Assembly: GCA_009103225.1 (NCBI GenBank) | Contig: RHPI01002048.1 | Location: forward strand, 474,731-517,102 | Direction: 5' to 3' | Length of the DNA stretch: 42,372 nucleotides | Source of the DNA: Chlorokybus atmophyticus | Taxonomy: Eukaryota; Plantae; Mesostigma and Chlorokybus algae | Shown: in pieces, positions 1 to 10,864 of the stretch | Layout of the letters: each line of letters begins with the position of its first letter | Position numbering within the stretch: position 1 is the stretch's first letter | Notes under the pieces: model-generated | Seen by the model: only the letters and a program-made list of their open reading frames with translations | Database searches by the model: none | Told to the model about the DNA's origin: nothing | Made by a program: the position numbers and the translations under genes

Positions 1-34
1 GGGGGGTGGGGTGGGGTTGGGGTGGGGTGGGGTG
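1..34 (+). repeat. (GGGGT)n G-tract repeat in an intron of the IQ gene; potential G-quadruplex
   Basis: ggggggtggggtggggttggggtggggtggggtg gives six runs of at least 4 G; truncated by the window edge. Confidence 0.7.
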
Positions 35-50
35 AAGCGTGGTTACTTAC

Positions 51-3000
51 TTTGGCTCTGTGCATGCGGATGAAGCTTTGGATGAGCATGGCGGCGTGGT
101 TGTGGCGGCGTTGGCGGTTCAGCTCCTCCCACTGCCGTTGCTCCCTGCAAGGACGAGCGCGTGTGGGTGTGCGTGTGCCTGTGCGCGCGTGCCTGTGCGC
201 GCGTGCATGTGTGCGTGTCCACCCCAACACCATCGTGGATGTGATGACTTCACCTCTTTCTCAGGACGAAATGGTGCCATGCGGCCTGTATGAGTCTGGC
301 TGAGTCCCGCTGCCGTCTCAACTCTCTCGCTCGCACGCGCGCCAAGTGACCCCGCATTTCCGCCTGTGTACAAACACAGGCAACACAGTGGAGTTCTTCC
401 CCGCACACATCTGGATTCCAACTCCTTCCGCACCATCACACACGTGTGGATGTCTTCCCACAATCAGACCTGTATGATGGTGGCCGCGATGTGACGCTGC
501 TCACCCCACCACTCGTCGTGCGGCGGGGACGCGGAAGACTTGTTGCTGCTGTGCGGGTGGTTGTGACTGTGACTGTGGTTGTGGCTGTGGTTGCTGTGGG
601 GGTGGCTGCTGTGGTGTGGGTGTGGTTGGCTCCCGCTCGTACTACTACCGCTGTGGTGAGAAGAAGCATGTTGGGATGAGGCAGACACGCCGTCGGTGTC
701 CAAAGGCGCTCTCCCCATCGACGATACTCCAGGCAACAACCTGCGCGTAGGTGCCCGCAACCCAGCATAAACACGCCTTCAACTTCCACTCACAACAGAC
801 TCGTCACTCACTCACTCACCCACTCCCCTCACCTTGACTTGGGGCTCGAGGGCGATGTGGGTATGGGTGTCGGTGACGACGACCTGCTTTGTGCCGATGT
901 GGTGGACGCCTGCGCGGGAGTGGGCGAGACCGATTGCATGGCTATGACGCTGTCGCTGCGTTGGGTTAATGTCAATGTCATCGCGGCCGCCGCTGCCATC
1001 GCGTCGTCAAGCTTCTTCTGAAGGGATTTGGACTTGAGCACCTCGGCCCTCAACTCCTTGTCCTTTTTCTGTACATGCACGTGTGCTTGTAGTAAGAGTG
1101 CGTTTGCAAGTGTGCGTGCGTGTGTGCCAGCACGCATATGACATTGTGTGCGTTCGTGCGTGCATGTGCTTGCCTGCACGCACGAACTCGCACATGAGAC
1201 AACGTTACAGAAGAGTGTGCAGGAACTTGCACACCCGTGGGTGTGTGTACACGCACCCGCACACTCACGCATGGATGCACGGACACACACACACTCTGTA
1301 TGCACAGTGCATGCGTGCGTGTGTGTCAACCAACAAGTCTCTCTCTCACGTCGAGTGCGAAGTGTAGCTCCAGCGCCTCGTTCTTCAGCACCTCCTTCTC
1401 CCTGTCCCTGTCGCGTTCCGTCGCCCGCGCCACTTTCGCCTCCACCGCCCGCGCGTGCACCAACACCGCAAGCTTCTTCTCCAGCTCCTGGGGTGAGAAG
1501 AGACACATACACGTGTGAAGCCAAGAGGCCAGCAGTCACGATCATGTCACTGTGATAGCGTGTGATGCGTTGTAGTGCAGAGTTCTTACTGCTATGTGGC
1601 TGTTCTTAGCATCCAGCTGCTCCTGCCACTCCTTCTCAGTCTTGATCTGCTCCAGAAAGCATACATACTTAGACCCAAACAGACCATACCACCACCACCA
1701 ACCACCAAGAACAACAACAGCAACCACCCAACACCATCCCTACTTCTTGTGGCGTCCTATGCAACTCCTCTTCGAGTGTCTTCTCCGCCGTCTTCCTCAT
1801 ATCCTCCGCACGTGCAAGTTTGGCGTCCCTCTCGCACGCGAGTCTCTCCGCCTCGAGCGCCCTCTGCTTGTAGCGCCTCAGCTCCCCCCTCAGCACCTTG
1901 TTGTCGGCCAGGGCCGCGCGGACGTGGGGGGGGTCGTCGTCGTGGGGAGGGGACATCGAGAGGATGGAGGAGAGGGGAGAGGGGGAGGAGGGGGGCTTGG
2001 AGGCGAGCTTGTTGGCCTGAAGGGGTGGGAGTGGGTGTGTGTGACGACATCACACCCAACCAACAATCTGCTGATGTTGGTTGTGTGGTGTCATGTCCTG
2101 TGAGGGGATTGTTGTTCTTGTTTTGTCGTACCCGTTCGAGGGCGCGGTAGGCTTCGGCGAGGGTGTCGTAGTCGTGCTTCCGCTGGGCGGCTACATTTTC
2201 TACGCTGGCGATGTACGCGTGCAGGTCCTCCAGCATCACTGTACCAGTTGGTTTGTGTGTGTGTGTGTGTATGTCAATCAAGTGCGTCTCTCTCCCCCAA
2301 CATGCGGTGTGAACACTCACCAGCGTATCTAGTCAGCCCGGAACCGCTCGCACTCGTACTCACGCTCGCACTCACAACGCTACCGCCACCCACACTCCCT
2401 CTGTGCCGGCGCCTCCTACATCCACACAAACACACACACGCACGGACGCACATCAACAACAATTTCACCACCACCGCCACCAGAACAACAACAACACCAC
2501 GTCATCCCCCACCTGTGGTGTGTTGGTGTTGGTTGTGCGAGCGGCGAGTGCGCTAGTATCGGTGGCGGGACGGGTGAGTTTCCCTCACTCCTCGCCGGGT
2601 GGTGGTGGTTGTGTTGTTTGCTGCGTGTGTTGTTGTTGTTGTTGTGAGCGAGGGGCGGCAGGGAGGAGGTGGAGGGGGACGGCGAGGGCGACGCGGAGGC
2701 GGAGGCGGAGGCGGAGGGAGGAGATGACAACGACATGGAGGAGGATGAGGCTGGGACGGGAGTCTGGGGACTGCAAGGACAACTTGTTTGTGGGTTGGCA
2801 CGTGCATGTGCATGTGTGGCTGCGTGCCAGCTTATGTGAATGCAAGGGCTCTCATATGCGTGTGGCGTCTGCATGTAGCTGCTGATGCGTGGATGGAAAG
2901 AAAACATCTGAGACACTGCTACTGTAGGCTATCAGCTGCTTAGGTGAGTGCATACGTTGGGTATAATGCCATTGCCACAAGCCAGGTTTTGCTGGCTGTT

Positions 3001-3251
3001 GCATTGGCAGTTCCAGCTCCAGCACTGGACTCACTGACATTTTGTTGTTACCACCGTGTTGTTTACAACATCAGTCTCCCTATTTTGCAAAGACTTGGTG
3101 GTGCAGAACTGGATGCGTGCGCCTGTGTCGATCCGGAGTCCAGTTCAGCACCGTGTGATTCAGTGGAGATCTCAAAAGGAACCGAAAACTGTGGTGTGGT
3201 GTCCCTTAATGCAACACACACTCACGTTGAGTTGCCACCAGGGCCTCCCAT
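51..3251 (-). CDS. Coiled-coil protein with at least 3 IQ calmodulin-binding motifs; 3' end lies beyond the left edge
   Basis: Hand-spliced, frame-consistent GT-AG exons: 3251-3226, 2770-2513, 2415-2321, 2238-2132, 2016-1744, 1646-1590, 1487-1350, 1068-833, 740-470, 363-254, 144-51. The central part is heptad-like (LRGELRRYKQRALEAERL, ELEKKLAVL). IQ motifs: AATIIQ|AEMRGHLARVR, ARLIQAAWHHFVLRK, AAMLIQSFIRMHRAK. The first exon (MGGPGGNS) is inferred from phase match only. Confidence 0.85.
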
Positions 3252-3947
3252 CAGATAATACGATCCTTGAAACCCAGCGCCGTCTCCGGTCACGTCACTT
3301 CACCGGAGCCCATCTCTCCCCTCCCACACGTCCACGCACACCTCCTCACCCAACCCACCAAGCTAGCCTCTACACAACACCACAACACAGTCGCCCTCCT
3401 GCTATGCTATGCTTCAGTCTGGTGTCAAGTGTAACAGTCCAGTCCAGCCCAGCCCAGTAGTCGTTCCACGTGCTCACTCACTCCAGGCGCAGAAGCCCCA
3501 ACACCCACCCAGATGACAGATGCTCACCACTACCTATAGCTACCTATAGCTAGGCGCAAGAGCACGATGATGATGATGATGAGGAGGAGATGCTGTGCCA
3601 CTAGGCCGCCGCCGTCGTCATTCACCTGGCCAGGGTGAAAGCGCCAAAAAAAGGGGGGGAGCCACCCAGCATGGAAGATGGAGTGCACCGGTCATTGCTA
3701 CCTTTAGAGCCGGTACAATCAGCCCGACAACCGACAGACTTACTCTCTAAAAGCCGGTACTTGAAGGAGATCAGACCGGTTGGAAGCCTAACCCAGACAC
3801 AGCTTTGACCCCCCTGCTCACTCGTGTCCGGACGTATCCAGATACGCTCAGGTCACGTGAGTAAAGCGCAGCGCTTTGGATTTTTGGTAAATTTAGACAC
3901 TGTGGGATTTCCATTGAGGCGGCGGCGGCGGCGGCGGCGGTGGAGGC
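3252..3947. promoter_or_regulatory. Probable bidirectional promoter / 5' UTRs between the IQ gene and the EF-hand gene
   Basis: The divergent start codons are about 700 bp apart. The region contains a G-box-like TCACGTGA (about 3853-3860) and an imperfect hairpin at about 3823-3846. TSS positions are not determinable. Confidence 0.5.
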
Positions 3948-6900
3948 ATGGGTGCGGAGGGAGGTGGAGGCGGTGGTGTTGTGGGAGAGGTTGGTGGTGA
4001 TGGTAGTGGTGGATACAAGCAGCAGCAGCAGCAGCAGCAGCAGAGGGTGAGGGACCCGTTGTATGTGAAGGACATTGACGGGGCCACCGCGGCGCCTAGA
4101 GACGTGATCAGGAAGCCTAGAGGGACTGACCCACTAGACCCAAGGTAGGAACACCACCACTAACACAGAGCTAACACCATGTCCGAGCTGTTACGTTTGT
4201 TGTATACTACTCGAAACCAACGAGAGTGCACAATTGCATCCCAGCATATATATATGTGACATGCTTGCTACGCTGCATTGACTCAGCTCCGCAGCATATC
4301 ACAGGAATCAACTTGCGTAGTTGTAGCATGACTTGGCAGTGAGAGACTTGAGAAGCAGCGTTGTACTTGCGTAATACAGTAATACACGTTGCCAGGTGTT
4401 ACAACCCCACAAGAGCTCAAGCCTGTTGGATACTGACACGGGATTTGCTCTAGTCCTTGTCGTTGGGAGTAGAGTAGAACGGAACACTTGAGACGACAAA
4501 CTGACTGGACGCTTATGCATATACGTGTCTCTCTACGTGTCCACACGCAGGTACAAGCTTCCTGGCGGCAGCGACAGCAAGAACAACAATGATTTCTCCT
4601 CCCCCGCCACGTCTTTCGCCACGCGCGCCAGCAGCTGGCTGGACGTCTCCGACATCGACGGCGCGAAACCCATGCCACTCACAAGGTGAGAGGTCAACAC
4701 TAGCACAGCACCCCCCCCCCCCCCAATGCTNNNNNNNNNNNNNNNNNNNNNNNNNNNNNNNNCCCCCAATGCTTTGGCTGCAATGCATGACTTAGTGGAT
4801 GTCATGTATGGTACAGAGTGAGGTCAGACAAGGACGCGGCGCTGGTGGAGTCCCTCCTGCAGGAAGTCACCAACACGATAACAGCGACAACAGTCTCCTC
4901 AAGCTCCTTCCGGGCACACCGACACGCGCACGACAGGTCGTCACGCGAAGACCTGTCTTTAAGTAAGCAGCACCAGCAGCACGCTGCTGAGTTAGCACAG
5001 TATGATGACTTGACATACCACAATGGCTCACACGCACACGCACACGCACACGCACACGCACACGCACACTACCCAGGTACTATCGACATCGACGGTGCTC
5101 GTCCTCGTCCCCTGACTCGTTCTCCCGCGGGTCCCCGTCCCTGCGACTGGCCCGTGGCGGGCTCGTGTCCCCGCGCCCTCACGCGCGAGCTCCACCACAA
5201 CAACGACAAGGATGACAAGGACCAGGAGAGAGAGAAGAGGAAGGGGAGGAGAGGGAGAAAGGGAGGAGTGCAGGAGGTTGGTGGTGATGATGGTGGTATT
5301 GCCACTAGTCATGAGGTCAATTGGACCGTCGATCGCGCGGGGTCGCGCATGAAACGGCGCAACGGGGCCGAACGCCGCCGCGAGTGGGACCAGCAGGCAA
5401 GTAGAGAAGTGTGATACAACACCAAGTTGTTGTTGTTGTTGTTGTTGTGCTTATATGTGTACTTGTGTGTCTCTGTCCAGGTTGGGGCGCTGGTGAGGGG
5501 TCCTGCGGCGATGGAGGCCTCCACGGCCGCGCGCGAGGCCGTCGCGCCACTCGTCGCCACGTGGCGGGGCCAGGAGGGAGGAGCTAGCAGCAGCGGTGAT
5601 AATGGGGGTAGTAACAGTGGTACTGGTAGTCGTAATGGTGGCAGCAACGGTTGTGCTAGCGTGAGCGGCCAATTGTGGGGAGCGCTGAAGAAAGTTGACC
5701 GCGACGGCAGTGGAAAGGTGTGTGGTAGTGCTAGGACTGTGCAAAAGAGCTTGGGATGAAAGGACTTGACAGGCATCAGTGCTGAAAGACACATACACTC
5801 AGACACACACACACACACACACACACAAACGCACCAAACCACTATCTTCGCAGTTGCGTGTGGACGAGGTGATCCGCGAGCTCTCCCGTGTGGGCCTCTC
5901 CGTCCCCTCAACCTCTTCCTCCCTCCTCCTGCGCGCGTACGACCCCGACCAGAGCGGCTTCGTGCAGTACCGACGCCTGGTGGCCGACCTCGTAGGGAAT
6001 GGTGGTAGTAGGGGTTGTAGAGTGCCGCGCGAGCCCGCTGTTGGCGTGCCGCCTATGCCATCGCAGAAACTGACAGAGTACCGGAAGCCGGCGGTGCGGA
6101 TTGATAGGAACGGACCTCCGCCGGCAGGGAAACCAAACCGGCCCGGAGAAGGTAGGCGTGTGATGATGGTTCCTTTATAGACACACGTGCTTCAGATGCG
6201 CGTGCGCGTGCACGTTGATGTACATGTGTGTATGTGCGTACCCACACAGCCGCACACGCACACGCACACACACACGCACACACACATGTCCCACCTACGC
6301 TCCCACCCCCCTGCAGACGACGTGACCTTGCGGTCCGGTAAGGCCTCTTTCCCCGGTCGGCCGGGCAGCACCTCCACCGCCCAGGCCGACGCGACCGCGA
6401 CAACGACGACGATGAGTATGTCAACAGCGACGGCGTCCTCAAAGAAGCAGTACCGCGCGCGGGGCAGGTCCGCGTCGTCGCTCGGGTTCAGCGAGAGCGG
6501 GAGGGAGGAACAGTGGAGGCCGTCGGACGAGGCGAGGAGACAACACGAACTCAAGTAAGAAGGAAGCAGACGATGCTTGAGAGAGACTTGGGGCGTCTCT
6601 TGTCACAAACATTTAGCACACCGTGTCAAAGTGAAGCCTTGAGACTGTGTGTATGAATGCGAGCGGCATTGCTGTCAGTCGTGAGGCGTTGTGTGGGTTG
6701 TGTCGGTCTCACTCGCGCACTCGAGTGGATGGGTGAGTCAGTGTGCGTATGCGTGCACGCAGATGCAATGTCTGTGCGCAGCTCACCAACAACCATGACA
6801 CCCCACACCCTCTCTCTCAGGCTCGACGACGACCGCAAGCAGTCCCTTACCCCCAAATCCTCCTCCTCCTCCTCTCCCCACCAACAACCTCCCAACTCCC

Positions 6901-7079
6901 CCTCCTCCCGCTGGCGTCGTCCCCAGACGGCCGCGGCGTACAGCACCTCCCTCATGGCGCCCGCGTGGGTCGCGCGCACGCTCGGCGTACGCGACGCGAC
7001 GAGGATGACGTCGGCCACGTCGAGGGAGAGTCGACAGCAGCTGTCGGCGGACATCGAGGCGGTACGCGCGCTCGCGTAA
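3948..7079 (+). CDS. EF-hand protein with N-terminal DIDGA-x-P repeats (uncharacterised, flagellar-type)
   Basis: Exons 3948-4144, 4551-4685, 4817-4962, 5077-5396, 5481-5717, 5854-6151, 6317-6554 and 6821-7079 are all phase-consistent. Repeats: YVKDIDGATAAP, DVSDIDGAKPMP, STIDIDGARPRP, plus TDPLDPRYKLP. EF loop DRDGSGK|LRVDE is canonical (D1, D3, S5, E12); the second loop DPDQSGFVQYRR is degenerate. C-terminus QQLSADIEAVRALA-TAA. Confidence 0.85.
4731..4762. other. Assembly gap (32 N) inside intron 2 of the EF-hand gene
   Basis: Run of N; both flanks carry cccccaatgct. Confidence 0.95.
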
Positions 7080-7497
7080 GAAGCAGAAGTTATGCGAGGG
7101 TGAGACGGTGAGACGGTGGGTGTGTAGTTATGGGTACGTAGTAGAGCGCTGTAGGTGTGGTTCTCTTGATGGGGTCACGGGTGTGTGTAGTTCGAGTTCA
7201 TGTTACTGGCCTTATTTCCGTAGTGGACATGTAGGTTTGTGTGTATTGCGTATCGCGCGTGATGATCGCGCGTGCAGGCAGGATACTCTGCTACGCTGTA
7301 ACCGTTTTCATTTCATTCCGCTTTTGTGCTGCAGCGTGTTGCAGTCGTTCACGAGGGATGCACTATGTGGTGGCATGCAGCGTGCGTATATAGCAGTCCT
7401 TGTACCCGTGCATAGAGTGTATGGCCCAGTGGAACACACGTCTCGCCTCTCACAAGAATGCATGCGCATCTGGCCTTAGCTACGTAGGGATATGTTG

Positions 7498-8603
7498 TCA
7501 CTGATGTGTTGTCACAACACGGTAGCGAGGCCAGTCCATGCCGAAGTTGGAACCGCCAATGCAACAGCCAGCAAAGCCTGGCTTGTGGCATATGGTTACC
7601 CGACCAGAAGTATGCTCTGACCCAAGCAGCTCATAGCCCATTGTAGCATTATCTCAGATGTTTGAGTCCACCCATGCATCCGCAGCTACATGCAGATGCA
7701 CACGCAGATAAGGAACCCTTGTATTCACAAATGCGGTGTATTTGCGATTACATGCGCATGCACATGTGCGCGTGCATGCGCATGTGCACATGTGTGGCAC
7801 ACAGCCACACATGTGCACGTGAGCGCAAACACACCAGCCCGCCTGCCCGTACAGGCACACGCAAATGCACACACACACACACAAGTTGTCCTCGCAGCCC
7901 GCAGACTCCCGTCCCAGCCTCCGCCTCTTCCATGTCGTTGTCCTCTCCTCCCTCCGCGGCGGCCTCGCCCGCCCCTTCCCCCTCGACCTTTCTGCCGCCC
8001 CTCGCACACAACAACAACAACAATAACAACTATGACACACGCGGCCACCACCACCACCACCACCACTCGGCGCGGAGCGAGGGAGCGTTGCCCGCAGCCG
8101 ACACTCGCACACTCGCACAACCAACACCCACACACACAGGCAGATAGGCACTTGTGGTTGGTGTCATCGTGGTTGCGGTTGTTGTTGGGATGGTGGTGGT
8201 GGTGGTGGTGGTGGGTGATGCGATGTACTTGTATGCAGGAGGGGGCGGCACAGGGCGAGTGTGGGTGGAGGGAGCTCGTGCGAATGCAAGCGTGAGTACG
8301 AGTGCGAGCGGTTCCGGGCTGACGCTGTGTCTACGCTGGTGAGTGTTCACGCCGCATGTTGGGGGAGAGCAGCAACCGACTGACGCATGAAAACCAACTC
8401 CCACAGTGATGTAGAAGTAGAAGCTTGCGGTGTTGGTGCACGCGCGGGCGGCGGAGGCGCTGGGAGCTGCAACTAGCACTCGACGTGAGAGACAGACTTG
8501 TTGGCTTACATGAAAAACACGTGCGTGCGCAGGTGATTTTGTGAGAAAGCGCCTGTACAAACGCTCACACACGCGCGCATACAGAAGAAGTACAATGAGC
8601 TGA
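7498..8603 (+). pseudogene. Inverted, 5'- and 3'-truncated, intron-retaining pseudocopy of the IQ-motif gene
   Basis: About 7498-8375 aligns by eye to the reverse complement of about 3075-2290 (e.g. PQTPVPAS.SSMSLSSPPS, SARSEG, gtgagtacgagtgcgagcggttccgggctgac). 8410-8510 aligns to exon 7 (1487-1325). 8584-8603 (cag|AAGAAGTACAATGAGCTG, KKYNEL) aligns to the start of exon 8 (KKDKEL). The exon-3 copy has frameshifts, the exon-2 donor has changed from GT to GC, and exons 4-6 are missing. Confidence 0.85.
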
Positions 8604-8604
8604 T

Positions 8605-8703
8605 GCTGCAATGGAAGCTGTCCTGATGCAGCTTCCATTGCAGCTGTCCTACTGGAAGAGGAAGAAATTCCTGTTCCATTAGCAATCCCTTTTGCTAATG
8701 GAG
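8605..8703. repeat. Two related perfect inverted repeats (16-bp and 11-bp stems)
   Basis: gctgcaatggaagctg (8605-8620) / 8-nt loop / cagcttccattgcagc (8629-8644); tccattagcaa (8675-8685) / 6-nt loop / ttgctaatgga (8692-8702). Confidence 0.95.
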
Positions 8704-8977
8704 GAGAGACATGGCAGCTTAGCATCCTCATCACAAGTACCGAGCATGCAAAGGCAGCAGAGAGAGAACAGCCAAGCGAAGCAAACAGCCTAGCAACAAA
8801 CTCGAACGGAAAAAATAGAAAACATCAAAGGCTCAGCAACAAATGTGTTCGCCACGGAGTGCACCGCCTCGGTCCGATTTCCGTGCTAGCCCCTAAGATA
8901 TCTTCCAGACCCCAGGCAGCAACGCCCGATATCAGCGTATCTGTCTCTAATTGGGCGCCAGCGGCGGCGGCGGCGGT

Positions 8978-10813
8978 ATGGGCCGTCGGCGTGCTGGGCC
9001 TTCCGTCGTCAAGGGAGGTGGCGGTGGTGGCCTGCTTGACGAGGACGAGGGCGATGACGATCAGGTGGGGAACGTCGTCGTCGACAAGCTGACGGTGAAC
9101 GAGGACTACGCCCGCCGCTTCGAGCACAACAAGCGCCGGGATGACCTGTCCCGACTGCGGGAGCTGCAGAAAGGTGGTGGAGACGAGGCGGAGGAGGACG
9201 ATGAGGATGAGACGGATGAGGACGAGGACGCGGAGCTGCTGACGGAAGATGTGAGTTGTGGGGATAATGTGTTTGTGTGCATGCACAAATTCAACAAGGC
9301 TCATGCAAGCCGAAAGTCTCGTGTTTTATCCGCGAATTCATAAAGAATAGCATGCTGACTTGCCATCAATGTGAGTTGAATCGTGCATGTTTGGCACTCC
9401 TTGTGTGATCAGTTAGTATCACAGGGACCTGCGCAACGCCAATATGTATGGTGAATGTGAGCAGTCAGCATGGTTTACAGTCAGTGGTGAATGACAAACT
9501 TGCAGTTTTGCATGTTCGCGTTGCATGCTTGCAAGGTTGCTTTTGCTGTTTGCGGCAAAATCAATTTGGCTTTTTGATTGCATGCAATGACCACACTGAA
9601 ATGCGTTAAACACATAGCCGCCATTCATCATCGTGTCGTTCGTGATTCTGTTCTGCTTGAACTGGTGCAAACTCAGCACCATTAAGTTAGCATTGCTACT
9701 TCGAGCACATACTTGCTTTGATGTTTGTTCTCTCCTGAGATTAAAGCGTCAACACGGTCTGCGGCTCAAAGTTAGTGTAGTCTGGATTGCCCAAACAATC
9801 TGTCATTATTGCTCCTTCTCCTCAGGTTGATGAGCGCATCCTCGACACTCTCGCCAGGCTTCGCAAGAAAGACCCGACGATATACCGCCCCGACGTGACC
9901 TTTTTCGCGCCCGAGAATGACGACGATGATGATGATGATGGAAAGGAAGCCGAGAAAGATATGTCAACAGCAAAGCAGAAGAAGAGCAAGAAGATCTTGC
10001 TCAAGGACATAGCGGCCCAGCAGCTTCTGAACGGAGACGATGAGGATGATGAAGATGATGATGGAGAAGGGGGTTTCAATCGCAAGAACCACAACAACAA
10101 TGTCAAGACATATGCAGCGGAGCAGGAGGACCTTAAGCGCGCATTCCTGCAGGGAGTTGATGGCGGGGACAATCAGGAAGATGAGGAGGAGGATGACCTC
10201 CTCCATGTGCGCAAAGCTGCTGTGGACCAAGCGCAACTGCGCGCCAACGGAGAGGTATGCCAATCTCGAGCACATAGCATAGTGACCACTACTCTCATTT
10301 GACTCTGCTTATGCTTCTGGTGCGGAGCATGGTAAGGTCCTTTTACACATTCTTATACATGCGACATGTTTGTCATTTGTTCTCATTGCTAACCACACAA
10401 GCTGTCTGGCATGTCACACTATACATACTCCCTTCAAGCAATGAATTTATCTACGCTGCCAGACGACCGCCGCGATCAATCAGAAGCTCGAGGAGTACTT
10501 CGGCCACGATGGCGACCTCGACGAGGACGAGCGTTTCCTCAAGGGCTACCTCCTCAACCGCGGTTGGGTGGACGAGTCCCGCGATCGCGTGCCGACCTAC
10601 GACGAGATTGTGGAGGACGAGGACGAGGAGGCCGTTGAACGCGCCGAGCGGTTCGAGGCCACGTACAACTTCAGATTTGAGGAGCCGGGAGGGACGGCCA
10701 TTGAGGGGCACGCACGCACGGTCGAAGGCTCCGTGCGCAAGTAAGGGTCCATTGTTTATAGTGGCTTTTGTGTATTGTACGTGCATCACGGCGTGCGCAT
10801 GTTGTACTGGGTA

Positions 10814-10864
<51 letters not shown>

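Noticed and set aside
3530-3551. 10-bp direct duplication (tacctatagc x2) as a transposon footprint
   Set aside because: It is indistinguishable from ordinary slippage without an ancestral allele.
1-8500. Dozens of long overlapping ORFs rich in CVCV, THTH, HAHA and poly-C/V
   Set aside because: They are translations of CA/TG microsatellites and antisense shadows of the spliced genes.
7498-8720. Firm Helitron call for the pseudocopy plus hairpins
   Set aside because: CTGG follows hairpin 1 by about 8 nt but is not followed by T, and no clear 5' TC terminus is visible. Kept only as a hypothesis.
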